This document shows, one piece after another, positions 1 through 9,624 of a stretch of 64,000 nucleotides of DNA. Position 1 is the stretch's first letter. Each line of letters opens with the position of its first letter. Location of the stretch: the NCBI GenBank assembly GCA_964236955.1, contig CAXSGP010000007.1:19313-83312 (forward strand), in the 5' to 3' direction. The stretch is from an uncultured Oligoflexus sp. Lineage in GTDB: Bacteria > Bdellovibrionota_B > Oligoflexia > Oligoflexales > Oligoflexaceae. The position numbers were made by a program, and so were the translations under genes. Below the pieces are notes generated by a model that saw only the letters and a list, made by a program, of their open reading frames with translations, made no database searches and was not told the DNA's origin.

Positions 1-145
1 TAAACGCTATCTCGCCGCTATCTTCATCTTCGATTTTATGGAGGCAGCACTTGCCACAATTGTCGCAAAGGCTTTCCCATTCATTGGTACTCATCTGTTC
101 AAGAGTTTTTGTTTTCCAAAAAGGTAGGGACTGGATATTTTTCAT
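1..145 (-). CDS. ycgN: YcgN/UPF0260 cysteine-cluster protein, N-terminal part (runs off the window start)
   Basis: Manual translation from the minus-strand ATG at 145 gives [48 protein letters not shown], the family signature FW..K.L..M...EWESLCD.CG.CCL.K. Not in the ORF track. Confidence 0.9.
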   Translation of the reverse strand, partial: MKNIQSLPFWKTKTLEQMSTNEWESLCDNCGKCCLHKIEDEDSGEIAF

Positions 146-255
146 GAGGGCGGCTTCATCCATGCTTGGTTTGCAGAACGAAGTCCTATCATGGACTTGC
201 CAGGATGCCTATCTCTGAATGAACCGGGCCCAGGATCCATGAGAAAGGACGTATT

Positions 256-681
256 ATGCTCAAGGTTACCGACAGCATCCAAATCTCCTATGACGAATTC
301 GAAATATCCTACGCCCGCAGCGGCGGACCCGGTGGCCAAAACGTCAACAAACGCGAGACAAAGGCCGTATTAAGCTGGAATCCCAGGGAAAGTCTCTCCC
401 TTCCTGAGTCGGTGCGCCAGCGCTTTCTGGATCGTTATAGCAGCCGCGTCAGTGAGGACGGCCATATCGTGATCGCCAGCGATGAGCACCGCTCTCAGGA
501 AATGAATCTCAAGGGCTGTTATGAAAAATTGCACAAGATGATACTGGCTGTTGCAATTCCACCTAAGATCCGCCGGCCGACCAAACCCACCAGGGGCTCG
601 AAGACGAGACGCCTCAACGAAAAAAAGGTCCAGGGGGATACCAAGAAAATGCGTCAAAAAGTTAGTTCTTCCCATGAATGA
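256..681 (+). CDS. arfB: Alternative ribosome-rescue peptidyl-tRNA hydrolase ArfB (YaeJ)
   Basis: RSGGPGGQNVNK GGQ motif, RSQ..N motif, basic C-terminal tail RRPTKPTRGSKTRRL. Confidence 0.95.
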   Translation: MLKVTDSIQISYDEFEISYARSGGPGGQNVNKRETKAVLSWNPRESLSLPESVRQRFLDRYSSRVSEDGHIVIASDEHRSQEMNLKGCYEKLHKMILAVAIPPKIRRPTKPTRGSKTRRLNEKKVQGDTKKMRQKVSSSHE

Positions 682-828
682 GCGCTCTAACTCAAGGCGA
701 CACTAATGTCATCCCAGCCGTGATTTATAAATTCGAAAACAATGTCTTAGCCATATGCCATCTTTTATGTATTTTGTAGCCATATTAGCGCTATCATAAA
801 GGCTTCGTCCTACAAACAGGAGCTCTCT

Positions 829-3246
829 ATGCGCTATCGCTTCGCTGCTACGTTGATACTCGCCTGCTCGATGTCTTCAGCATTTGCAATGGAAAACCGT
901 ATTCATAATGTTTGGTACCCCACCCCAATGCAAACGATTAGCCCCGAACTCCTCGCCCAAAACTTTCTTAAAGCCAAGGCGTCTGAACTCGGCGTGCCGA
1001 CCTCCTCGCTAAGGCTTTTGAAAAGCCAGGAGAGTCTGCTGGCCTATCATCTGATCTATCAGCAATACGCGCATGATTTACCCATTTCGGACGCAACCAT
1101 TTCGGTATCCATTCTAAAAAAAGACCAGGCCGTCTATCAGTACTATTCCACGCTGATTCCTGCGGCAAAACCGGTGCTCCCCAAGCAAAAAATATCGCTC
1201 GAACAAGCCCTCGATGCGGCATGGGCTTACGTCGGCGTGCAGGGCCGACTCTTTCAGGCTCCAAAATCGCAGCTTCGGTTTATTTCAGTAAAAGGGGCCT
1301 TGACTCAGGTCTACAGCATCGACCTCAGCCCTACAGCTCCCTATGGCGCGTGGCGCATCGATGTTGAAGCGGCCAGCGGTAATGTAATCGGAGTCAAAGA
1401 CCTTCGCATCAATGAAAAGGCGCTTATTCTCCCCACTACTTTTGGCAGCAAGGTCGCAACCAGCAACCGCAGCGAGGCCTTTAGAGCCTGGTCGAACCCA
1501 CTTGAGGACAAGCAAGCTGTCGGCGAAATCAAATGCGGCAAGGCCAAGGTTTTTGATCCGGACCCCAAAACTGAAATGGGCAATACCACGATCACCGACA
1601 CCAGTCCCGCCTCCGATTTTGATGCCGCTTATGTGCAAAGAATTCTGCCAGAAGTCAGCGTTGCCGGCGGCGTCTATCGTTTGGAAGGCCCCTGGGCCAG
1701 GATCATCGATTTTGATCCACCCACCGCGGTGCCAACGACAAGCAGGGACGGCAATTGGAATTATGTTCGCGGCAAAGGCGGCTTCACCGATTCGATGACT
1801 TATTTCCATCTCGATCAAAGTCAACGCTACATCCAGTCGCTGGGCTTTAAGGATGCGACCGGAATCCAATTCGGACCTATAGAATTCGATGCCGATGGTG
1901 CCAACGGCGATGATAACTCCTATTTTATGCCAAGCACCAATCGCCTGGCCTTCGGTCACGGCTGCGTTGATGACAACGAAGATAGCGATGTCATTCTCCA
2001 TGAATACGGTCACGCGATCAACAACTCGATCAACGTGAACTGGGGCGGCGGTGACATGGGTGCCATGGGCGAGGGTTTCGGCGATTACTGGGCCGCTTCC
2101 TACAGCTACAGCACCCCAAAAGGGCATGATTTCCAGCCTGAAGTCGTCTATAACTGGGATGCCGGCAGCTGTTGGCCGGGCCGCATTCTGAATGCGCTTG
2201 GGGCCCGTTATAATGCCAATGAAAGCTACGATGCCCATACCCCTATCGACGGTGGATTCCAATCCGACGAGCTTTGGTCAACCCCGCTGTTTCAAGCTCA
2301 CATAGCCTTGAGAGCCATGGATATCCCCCGTGACGAGATCGACACGATTGTACTCGAATCTCAGTTTGGACTCGGCGGCAGCTTGACGATGCGCGACATG
2401 GCCCAATCGATCGTTGCGACAGCCGCTCGCCTCTATCCCGATGGTCCTCATGCAACTGTCTTCCGCCAAAAGTTCGTCGATCAAGGTATCCTGGTAGAAC
2501 CAAAATCCATCCTTACGGCTCAATTGGAAGCGGTTGACGATGCCGATGGTGTCGTCGATCCAGGGGAACATCCAAGATTTCCTTTGAAAATATCCAATAT
2601 CGGCGACAAACTGGCTGAAGACGTGAGCGTCGACGTCACCTCCGATGACCCCCTGCTTAGCGATATCATGGTTGACGTGAACGCAGACTTTGTCCTGGGC
2701 AAGCTCGAAGCTGGCAAATTCAAGTATCTGTCCTTAAGCTTCGCTGTGAGCGAGTCCGCCCCATGCGGCCATGGGGTCGATCTAAAAATCACCCTCACAT
2801 CCAAAGACGGCAAAACCGTTGTTGTACCCGTGAAGGTCCAGATCGGTAAGCCGATTGAAACAGTAGCATCCAGTACACCTAACCTGGCGATACCGGATAA
2901 AGGTTCTATCAAAGACAAACTGCTTGTGGATTATTCCAATGCCAAGGTGAGCGCAAACTTCAGTGTGGATATGAAAATCAATCATAGCTACATCGGTGAC
3001 CTCAATGTGACTCTGGTATCACCCGAAGGCCAAGAGATCGTGCTGCATGATCGGACGGGCAACAGTGGCAACGACATCTCTGGAAACTACCCGACTACCC
3101 TGACCCCGAAAGAACCTTTGAGTAAATTGCTCAATCAGCAACTCGACGGAGCCTGGACCCTGAAGGTCGCCGATCTCGCGGCGAGTGATACAGGCACCCT
3201 GATTTCCTGGGGTATTCGTGACGTTAGCGGCTACCTCTGCCACTGA
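829..3246 (+). CDS. Secreted zinc metalloprotease (M36/M4-like) with propeptide and C-terminal proprotein-convertase P domain
   Basis: Signal peptide ending SAFA; HEYGH followed by GEGFGD; C-terminal 'HSYIGDLNVTLVSPEG...GAWTLKVADLAASDTGTLISW' P-domain pattern; RBS AGGAG. Confidence 0.85.
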   Translation: MRYRFAATLILACSMSSAFAMENRIHNVWYPTPMQTISPELLAQNFLKAKASELGVPTSSLRLLKSQESLLAYHLIYQQYAHDLPISDATISVSILKKDQAVYQYYSTLIPAAKPVLPKQKISLEQALDAAWAYVGVQGRLFQAPKSQLRFISVKGALTQVYSIDLSPTAPYGAWRIDVEAASGNVIGVKDLRINEKALILPTTFGSKVATSNRSEAFRAWSNPLEDKQAVGEIKCGKAKVFDPDPKTEMGNTTITDTSPASDFDAAYVQRILPEVSVAGGVYRLEGPWARIIDFDPPTAVPTTSRDGNWNYVRGKGGFTDSMTYFHLDQSQRYIQSLGFKDATGIQFGPIEFDADGANGDDNSYFMPSTNRLAFGHGCVDDNEDSDVILHEYGHAINNSINVNWGGGDMGAMGEGFGDYWAASYSYSTPKGHDFQPEVVYNWDAGSCWPGRILNALGARYNANESYDAHTPIDGGFQSDELWSTPLFQAHIALRAMDIPRDEIDTIVLESQFGLGGSLTMRDMAQSIVATAARLYPDGPHATVFRQKFVDQGILVEPKSILTAQLEAVDDADGVVDPGEHPRFPLKISNIGDKLAEDVSVDVTSDDPLLSDIMVDVNADFVLGKLEAGKFKYLSLSFAVSESAPCGHGVDLKITLTSKDGKTVVVPVKVQIGKPIETVASSTPNLAIPDKGSIKDKLLVDYSNAKVSANFSVDMKINHSYIGDLNVTLVSPEGQEIVLHDRTGNSGNDISGNYPTTLTPKEPLSKLLNQQLDGAWTLKVADLAASDTGTLISWGIRDVSGYLCH

Positions 3247-4585
3247 GCGTAGGAGTGACTGAAAAATAAAGGGGGGGAAGGGTCTTCTCTAAAGGAAGAC
3301 TCTTCCATTCCCGCCTCATGATGGCTGTCATATCACAGGAATCCTGAACCCTGGACCATACGGCTTCCGCATGCGCCTTCCAAAACTCCTTCGATTCGCT
3401 TGTGACCAGACGGGTCAGGCTCTGTCGTAAAGCGCCCTCTTCAAATAAAATAAAATCCCGTCCAGCTTCCAAGACCGTGCCCCGCGCCCCGAATTGGGTC
3501 GAGATAACCGCTAACCTTGCTGCGAGGTACTCAAAGATTTTTACGTTGCTTCCTGAGCCACTGCGCACCGGATTCAAGGCAGCGTCCGCCGCCGCAAAGT
3601 AAGGATAGGTTTCCTTCACCGGACCGGTATAGATCATGGTCCTGGTCCGCATGGCCGTCTCGGAGATCGATCCCAGAATCAAAAATGTAATGCGCGCGTC
3701 AACGAGGAATTTCTCTTCGCGTTCACAGAATTCCTGAAGGGTTTTCAAAGCTTCCAGATTAGGGCCAAAGCGGCTCCCGCTAAATACGATCAGCCAATCA
3801 TCCGCACCAATACCGTATGAAAGGCGAAGGCCTTGCCCTTCGTCAAAGGAATGACGATAATTGTCGGGATCGACCCCATTGGCCACGAGTCGAACCGATT
3901 CGGGTTGAGCGGCCCGGACTTTAAAGTAGTCAGCATCTTCCTTGGCACAGGCGAGAATGCCATCATAACGATGAGCGGCAGACCTTTCGATGCCTTCCAT
4001 CCAGGAAGCAAAGAATTTTTCGGTACGAGTGCCTTGTTTTAAAAGCCGGTGTTCCAGGTTGTGACTGAGCAGCACCCAGCTCTTGTTACGCCAAGGACCA
4101 GGGATCGGCGGCGTGTAGGGAAGATCACAAAGAATGACATCAGCCCAGTGAAGGCGATTATGAAGGGCACTGGGGACAAGTCCCATGCGCAGTATAAAGT
4201 ACTGCCAAAGCCGAGGCAAACCAAGGCGGCGCGCAAGCGATTGGATCAGTCCTATGGGAAGGGATAGATTGATTTCTTCCATAAGATTTTCTTCGATGCT
4301 TTGATTGAGCATGCTCGATCCCTGACCATAGTCTTCACGGCGGCCCGCGAGACTAAAAATACACACCTCATGGCCGAGTCGAGCCAGCGCTTTGGCTACG
4401 CTTCCACTGCGCAGATGGCCACCACTTTGATTGGGGAATATCTTTAAGCCGGACAGGATAAGTATTCGTTTCGACGGTAAAGCTGCAGGAGAAGGCCCAG
4501 CAAAATCACCTAGCGGATCACGGGCCGTTTGATTCGTAGATTCCAACGCAGGCTTCAGATTAGGGTTCATCAGTCTGGGCTCCAT
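3224..4585 (-). CDS. Glycosyltransferase family 4 (GT-B)
   Basis: P...GG..R N-terminal motif, NGVD, and 'ADAALNPVRSGSGSNVKIFEYLAARLAVIST'. Start uncertain (4585 or 4570; ORF track extends to 4678). Confidence 0.85.
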   Translation of the reverse strand: MEPRLMNPNLKPALESTNQTARDPLGDFAGPSPAALPSKRILILSGLKIFPNQSGGHLRSGSVAKALARLGHEVCIFSLAGRREDYGQGSSMLNQSIEENLMEEINLSLPIGLIQSLARRLGLPRLWQYFILRMGLVPSALHNRLHWADVILCDLPYTPPIPGPWRNKSWVLLSHNLEHRLLKQGTRTEKFFASWMEGIERSAAHRYDGILACAKEDADYFKVRAAQPESVRLVANGVDPDNYRHSFDEGQGLRLSYGIGADDWLIVFSGSRFGPNLEALKTLQEFCEREEKFLVDARITFLILGSISETAMRTRTMIYTGPVKETYPYFAAADAALNPVRSGSGSNVKIFEYLAARLAVISTQFGARGTVLEAGRDFILFEEGALRQSLTRLVTSESKEFWKAHAEAVWSRVQDSCDMTAIMRREWKSLPLEKTLPPLYFSVTPTLSGRGSR

Positions 4586-4902
4586 TTCAAGTCCAACTTC
4601 AACAGCAAGCGCAGTAGGCCATAGCCACTTAAGCACAGCCCTGCTAGCCCCTATGAGCAAGGATCTGACCAAGGTCAAAAATTAAAAAAATTCAATGTTT
4701 TCAAGATGTTTTGCGGGTCCATGGCCAGCGTTTTCTAGGCGGTTGTAAAGAAAACTGACAGTTTTTGAGGTAACAATGTCAAAGGTCTCGTCGTCCTACA
4801 AACCCGCAGGGAAGAGGATCTTTGGGAGGAATTCCCGCTCGGCGGTCTTCTCGAGCTGTGTTAGGGTGAGATCAGACCACAGGAATGATAAGGCGGGACA
4901 CA

Positions 4903-6495
4903 ATGCGTACAAAAGTGCTTATTACCGGAGCTCTTCATCCGGTAGCTCTCGAAGCTTTGGCAAAGATTGACAATCTCGATGTCGTGTATATGCCGGATAC
5001 CACTTTCGCCGAATTTTCTTCACAACTCGTCGATGCTCAGGTGCTTGTTTCCCGCAGTGAAACCGATGTCACTCGCGCCGTTATCGATGCTGCCCCTCAA
5101 TTGAAAATCATCGCCCGCGCGGCCGTTGGCGTCGGTAATATCGATCTCGAGTATGCCACTGAAAAAGGCATACTCGTCATGAATACCCCAGGTAAAAATA
5201 CGAACTCAGCGGCAGAATTAACCCTCGGCCTTATGCTATCAATGTTCCGCCGCCTTCCCGAAGCTCAGCAGACACTCAAAACGGGGGGCTGGGATCGCCA
5301 TCGTTTCACGGGTAAAGAGCTGCGTGGCAAACGCATCGGTATAGTCGGCCTTGGCAATGTTGGCCATCGCGTGGCAAAATTCTGCCTGGGTTTTGATTGC
5401 GAGGTCTTTGCCTATGATCCTTACATCTCACCCGATATTTTTGCGAAGCATCGTGCCATCCCGGTGGCATCGCTGGTGGATCTAGCCGAGAAGGTCGATA
5501 TCCTCACTCTGCATGTTCCCAAGACCAAAGAGACGAGTGGCATGATCGATCGAGAGGTCCTCAAGGCGCTGGGGCCACAGGGCTATCTGGTCAACGCCGC
5601 CAGAGGTGGCATCGTCTTTGAAAAAGATCTCGTTTGGGCTCTCGACAATAAACTTATCGCCGGCGCCGCTATCGATACCTTCGAGACAGAGCCCAAACCG
5701 CTTGCCGCCCTTATTCAAAATCCTGCGGTCTACTGTTCACCGCACATCGGGGCGTCGACTGAAGAAGCGCAGATCGCCATCGGTTATGCTGTGGCCGATC
5801 AGATACGCAAAGCCCTGGAAGGTGGAGTGGTTGACTATCACGTCAATCTTCCAAATGTTGGCATCATCGATAAACCTATTATGAAGGCCTATTCGACCCT
5901 TGCTGAAAAGCTGGGCTCGATCGTCGGCCAGATTCTGGACTTCAACCCCCAAAGCGTGCAGTTTCAGTATCGGGGTGATATTTCCGAGCTTGATAACGCC
6001 ATCATACGCTTGAGTTGGATGAAGGGTTATCTGACCAAAGTCGTCGATGAATATGTTTCTTTCGTCAACGTGGGAAGGCATATGGAACGCCTTGGAATCG
6101 CTATCGATGAGACAGTCGATCCAAGCTTCAGCTCTTATAATTCCGCTCTTAAGATTTTAGTCCGGGGCTCGCAAGGGCAGCAGATGACGGTGGGCGGAGT
6201 GGTTTTCGAAGACAGACACCTCCGCTTGACTTTGATCAACGATTTTCATTTTGAAGTTGAACCCAATGGCAACATGCTTTTGATTGCCAACCACGATAGA
6301 CCTGGGGTTATCGGTGATTTGGGTCAATACCTGGCGAAGAGCGGTGTCAACATCAGCGGATTCAATTTAAGTCGAAATTCCAAAGGCGGTAGGGCCATGG
6401 CCGTGCTTAGCATCGATAGCACACTCAATGCGCAAAACTTACGCGAAATAAAGGACTTACCAAACGTTGAAGGCGCAAAGGCAATCTTCATATGA
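4903..6495 (+). CDS. serA: D-3-phosphoglycerate dehydrogenase, long form with ASB and ACT domains
   Basis: GVGNID, NTPGKN, GLGNVG Rossmann motif, NAARGG, SPHIGASTEEAQ, C-terminal DRPGVIG ACT domain. Confidence 0.95.
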   Translation: MRTKVLITGALHPVALEALAKIDNLDVVYMPDTTFAEFSSQLVDAQVLVSRSETDVTRAVIDAAPQLKIIARAAVGVGNIDLEYATEKGILVMNTPGKNTNSAAELTLGLMLSMFRRLPEAQQTLKTGGWDRHRFTGKELRGKRIGIVGLGNVGHRVAKFCLGFDCEVFAYDPYISPDIFAKHRAIPVASLVDLAEKVDILTLHVPKTKETSGMIDREVLKALGPQGYLVNAARGGIVFEKDLVWALDNKLIAGAAIDTFETEPKPLAALIQNPAVYCSPHIGASTEEAQIAIGYAVADQIRKALEGGVVDYHVNLPNVGIIDKPIMKAYSTLAEKLGSIVGQILDFNPQSVQFQYRGDISELDNAIIRLSWMKGYLTKVVDEYVSFVNVGRHMERLGIAIDETVDPSFSSYNSALKILVRGSQGQQMTVGGVVFEDRHLRLTLINDFHFEVEPNGNMLLIANHDRPGVIGDLGQYLAKSGVNISGFNLSRNSKGGRAMAVLSIDSTLNAQNLREIKDLPNVEGAKAIFI

Positions 6496-6986
6496 AGGAG
6501 ATGGTCAATCCGATGACGCGCGAAGGTTATGACATCATAGCCGAAGAGCATCGCCGACTCATTGAAGAAGATCGCCCAAAGATGGTCGATAACATGGCAA
6601 CTGCCGCCGCCGAAGGGGATCGCTCGGAAAACGCGGAATACATCTATAGTAAGAAGCGCATTCGGGAAATCGATAAACGCCTGCGTTATTTGACGACTCT
6701 GCTCCAGGACGTCGAGATCGTTAACCCACAAAACATCCGCAGCGATCGCGTGGAGTTCGGGGCGACGATTACCGTTACCGATGAGAGTGGGCTTGAAAAA
6801 ACCTGGACAATTGTCGGGGTCGGTGAATCCAATGTTGATGCAAAGACGATCTCTTGGAAATCCCCTTTAGCGCGCGCGGTCTGGGGCAAAAAGGTTGGGG
6901 ACAGGATTAGCGTCGAACGCCCTGCGGGCGATATGGATTATGAGTTGATCGATTTGCACTATGCGGGACGGCGGATGCAAGGCTAA
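6492..6986 (+). CDS. greB: Transcription elongation factor GreB
   Basis: AAEGDRSENAEY..KKRIREIDKRLRYL and ISWKSPLARA; ATGA overlap with serA. Confidence 0.88.
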   Translation: MKEMVNPMTREGYDIIAEEHRRLIEEDRPKMVDNMATAAAEGDRSENAEYIYSKKRIREIDKRLRYLTTLLQDVEIVNPQNIRSDRVEFGATITVTDESGLEKTWTIVGVGESNVDAKTISWKSPLARAVWGKKVGDRISVERPAGDMDYELIDLHYAGRRMQG

Positions 6987-7297
6987 GGCAGGACGAGTCG
7001 ATCACGCCTATCACCAGCTTTGTGCCAACGAAAGCTATTGTCCGTGGCTTTAAGGATGAACCCTCAAAAGATAGATTAAGTAAGGCAGTAAACTCGTGAA
7101 ATTAACCATAAAGCCCAGGTTGAAGCCAGTGAAAAAGGGAAAGGCAGCATAAAAGTGTCTCTTGGTTTTTGCGGTGTCCCGTAACGGCAAGATCGGCTCC
7201 TTAACTCTCAGGGAAAGCCCGGAACGTGGGTTTTAAGCTGCCAAGCACCTCTCCCATCTCAGGCCGCCGACTTGGCAAAGATTGTCGGCGCGGCGGC

Positions 7298-7801
7298 CTA
7301 GATTCCGCGCATTTCATATTCACGAAGTTTCCTTATCAGCCTGTCGCGGCCTAAGCCCTGACGATCCGGAATTCCAAAGGAATCGGCAAGGCTTTCCAGC
7401 TGATGATCAGTAAGTCCATCGAATTCATCACGACGGGTATCGACGGGTATGGCGGGCGTCCCCATTCGATGACTGCCTGTATCACGAATGTCATCGGAAA
7501 TGCCACCGACTTTGGATAGCTGGATGTCAACCGGCTCAGAACTTTGGGCAACATCGCCCAGTAAGCGATCATACCTATCATAGGTCCAGGTATCATCGAT
7601 ATCTGTGGCGTCACCACCCTGGATAATGCGATTGCCATCGGTTAGCATTTCATCTCTATCTTTAAAATGTCCGACTTCTTCAAAAATCGTCTCTTCGTCG
7701 GCATCAATAGCCTCGGAAGGACCGACGAAGCGGGCCGTTTTTTTCGGCATTTGTTTATTTGTATAATGTTCATTTTTGCCACTGTCTGAAATGGGATGCA
7801 T
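7298..7801 (-). CDS. Acidic hypothetical protein with C-terminal Rho_N-like helical domain
   Basis: ATG at 7801 preceded by GGAG; D/E-rich body; C-terminus FDGLTDHQLESLADSFGIPDRQGLGRDRLIRKL resembles the Rho N-terminal motif. Confidence 0.6.
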   Translation of the reverse strand: MHPISDSGKNEHYTNKQMPKKTARFVGPSEAIDADEETIFEEVGHFKDRDEMLTDGNRIIQGGDATDIDDTWTYDRYDRLLGDVAQSSEPVDIQLSKVGGISDDIRDTGSHRMGTPAIPVDTRRDEFDGLTDHQLESLADSFGIPDRQGLGRDRLIRKLREYEMRGI

Positions 7802-7854
7802 AGAGCTCTCCAATAGTGATTTAAGCCTTAGAATATTCAACCCAGGACAGGATG

Positions 7855-7870
7855 TGCAAGGAGAATGCCA
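7855..7870 (-). promoter_or_regulatory. Sigma54 (-24/-12) promoter for the 7298-7801 gene
   Basis: Minus strand reads TGGCATTCTCCTTGCA (GG-N10-GC, near consensus), about 55 nt upstream of the ATG. Confidence 0.65.
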
Positions 7871-8062
7871 GCAGCTCCCTCTCAGAAAAATTACGCTGCT
7901 TGACAAAGCAATTTTTAGGCTAACACGTTTGCCTGGCAACGATGCCCCAAACTGTCCCTTCAGCAATCAGACTTCTGCACTATCGCTTACCCATCTGGAA
8001 AAGAACCTGGAGATGAAGTATTCTTGAATACGAGAGGCCCAGTGAAATATTTGGGGATCAGC

Positions 8063-8674
8063 ATGCTTCCACTCGATCGTGAACAAGAAGTTTATGTCAG
8101 GCAAAAATACGAGCTCGCGGAATTATTCGGATTTGAAAGCCGCAACAAATACGAAATCACGCGAGGCGATCGGACGCCGATCGGCTTTGCCGCCGAGCAG
8201 AGCAAAGGTCTCATGGGAATTTTAGGACGGCAGTTTCTTGGCCATTGGCGCTCCTTTGAACTCATCATTTTTGATTCGAATAGGCATATCGCTTATCGCG
8301 CGGTTCATCCCTTTCGCTTCTTTTTCCAAAGGCTGGAACTCTATGACGCCAGCGGAAGGTTTATCGGCGCCGTTCAATCCCGCTTTGCGTTCCTTTATAA
8401 AAAACTGCAAATCGAGGGACCCAATGGCCAGGTCGCCTTTGATATGGCGTCCGCACCCTGGAAGGTATGGACCTTTCCCTTCAAACGCAGGGGGAGGGAG
8501 GTCGGAGTTCTCAAGAAGAAATGGTCGGGCCTATTAACCGAAGCCATGACGGATAAGGACAATTTTCATTTAACCTTTGGCGATTCTACACTCAATATTG
8601 ACGAACGACTTTTAATGCTGACCGCGACGTTTTTTATCGATTTGATTTATTTCGAAAACAAAGCTGGTAAATAA
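8063..8674 (+). CDS. Scramblase / LURP-one (Tubby C-like) family protein
   Basis: VRQKYELAELFGFESRNKYEI and KKWSGLLTEAMTDKDNF patterns; start at 8063 or the upstream TTG at 8024. Confidence 0.8.
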   Translation: MLPLDREQEVYVRQKYELAELFGFESRNKYEITRGDRTPIGFAAEQSKGLMGILGRQFLGHWRSFELIIFDSNRHIAYRAVHPFRFFFQRLELYDASGRFIGAVQSRFAFLYKKLQIEGPNGQVAFDMASAPWKVWTFPFKRRGREVGVLKKKWSGLLTEAMTDKDNFHLTFGDSTLNIDERLLMLTATFFIDLIYFENKAGK

Positions 8675-8796
8675 GCCGCGCCTCGCGCTAAGGACCCAGC
8701 GCGTCGTGGTGGTAGGCTGAAAGCGGTCGAAATCGCTAAAAAAACGTGGCCGCTCCGCCGCGAGTCATGGCATGATCGATTGAAGAGGTACCGACT

Positions 8797-9453
8797 ATGA
8801 ATTTAGACCAACTCAATGCAGCGCTCATTCGTCCGCCTTTTCCCAAGTTGAGTGGCAATATTTATTGCATCGGCCGGAATTATGGCGAGCATGTAAAAGA
8901 GTTGAATAACGAAATGCCCAAGGAACCTGTGGTATTTCTTAAGGCGCCCTCGTCTTTAAGACCTCTGCATAGTGAGGCTCTGGCCTGCAGCAATGAATTG
9001 TTTCATCATGAAATCGAACTGGTGCTCCTGATCAAAGAGCATAAGTCCATGGGCGAAAAAGCTGAGACCTCGTTAGTGGGTGCGATGACTTTGGGCCTGG
9101 ATTTGACCAGGCGCGACCTGCAGACCTCGCTAAAGCAGCAAGGTCTGCCCTGGACGCTCTCAAAAAGCTTTGCGGGCGCTGGTATCCTTCACCCCTTCCA
9201 GGGCTGTCCCAGGGACATAAGCAATATTGGGTTTTCCTTGCGTGTCAACGGCGAACTGCGGCAGCTTGGTAACAGTCAGGATATGCTTTTTGATTTTCGG
9301 CGCATTTTGAATTTTCTTCTGAAATATCAGGATTTACATGCGGGTGACATGATCTTTACCGGTACTCCTGCCGGGGTTGCAGGATTTAAAAAGGGTGATT
9401 CCTTCCATTTCCAATCGGAAGTCCTTGGGATTGATGCGCAGGGCATCCTTTAA
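8797..9453 (+). CDS. Fumarylacetoacetate hydrolase family protein
   Basis: CIGRNYGEH, HHEIEL, LDLTRRDLQ, W..SKSF, GDMIFTGTPAGV. Confidence 0.93.
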   Translation: MNLDQLNAALIRPPFPKLSGNIYCIGRNYGEHVKELNNEMPKEPVVFLKAPSSLRPLHSEALACSNELFHHEIELVLLIKEHKSMGEKAETSLVGAMTLGLDLTRRDLQTSLKQQGLPWTLSKSFAGAGILHPFQGCPRDISNIGFSLRVNGELRQLGNSQDMLFDFRRILNFLLKYQDLHAGDMIFTGTPAGVAGFKKGDSFHFQSEVLGIDAQGIL

Positions 9454-9624
9454 ATCCTCAGGTTTTTTACCAATCAAAGCCGCCTTCTCGCGATAGGCCT
9501 CTGATTCTCTCTTGCCTTTCACGCGTCATAATGGGATAAAAATGCCTGTTTGGGAGCCCCCTTTTGGGATGCGGTCACCCGAGCTCATTGCAGACCCTAT
9601 CCCTTGCCGCTGGAAGGTTTTCTA

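Noticed and set aside
1285..2262. 325-aa minus-strand ORF
   Set aside because: Antisense shadow of the metalloprotease gene.
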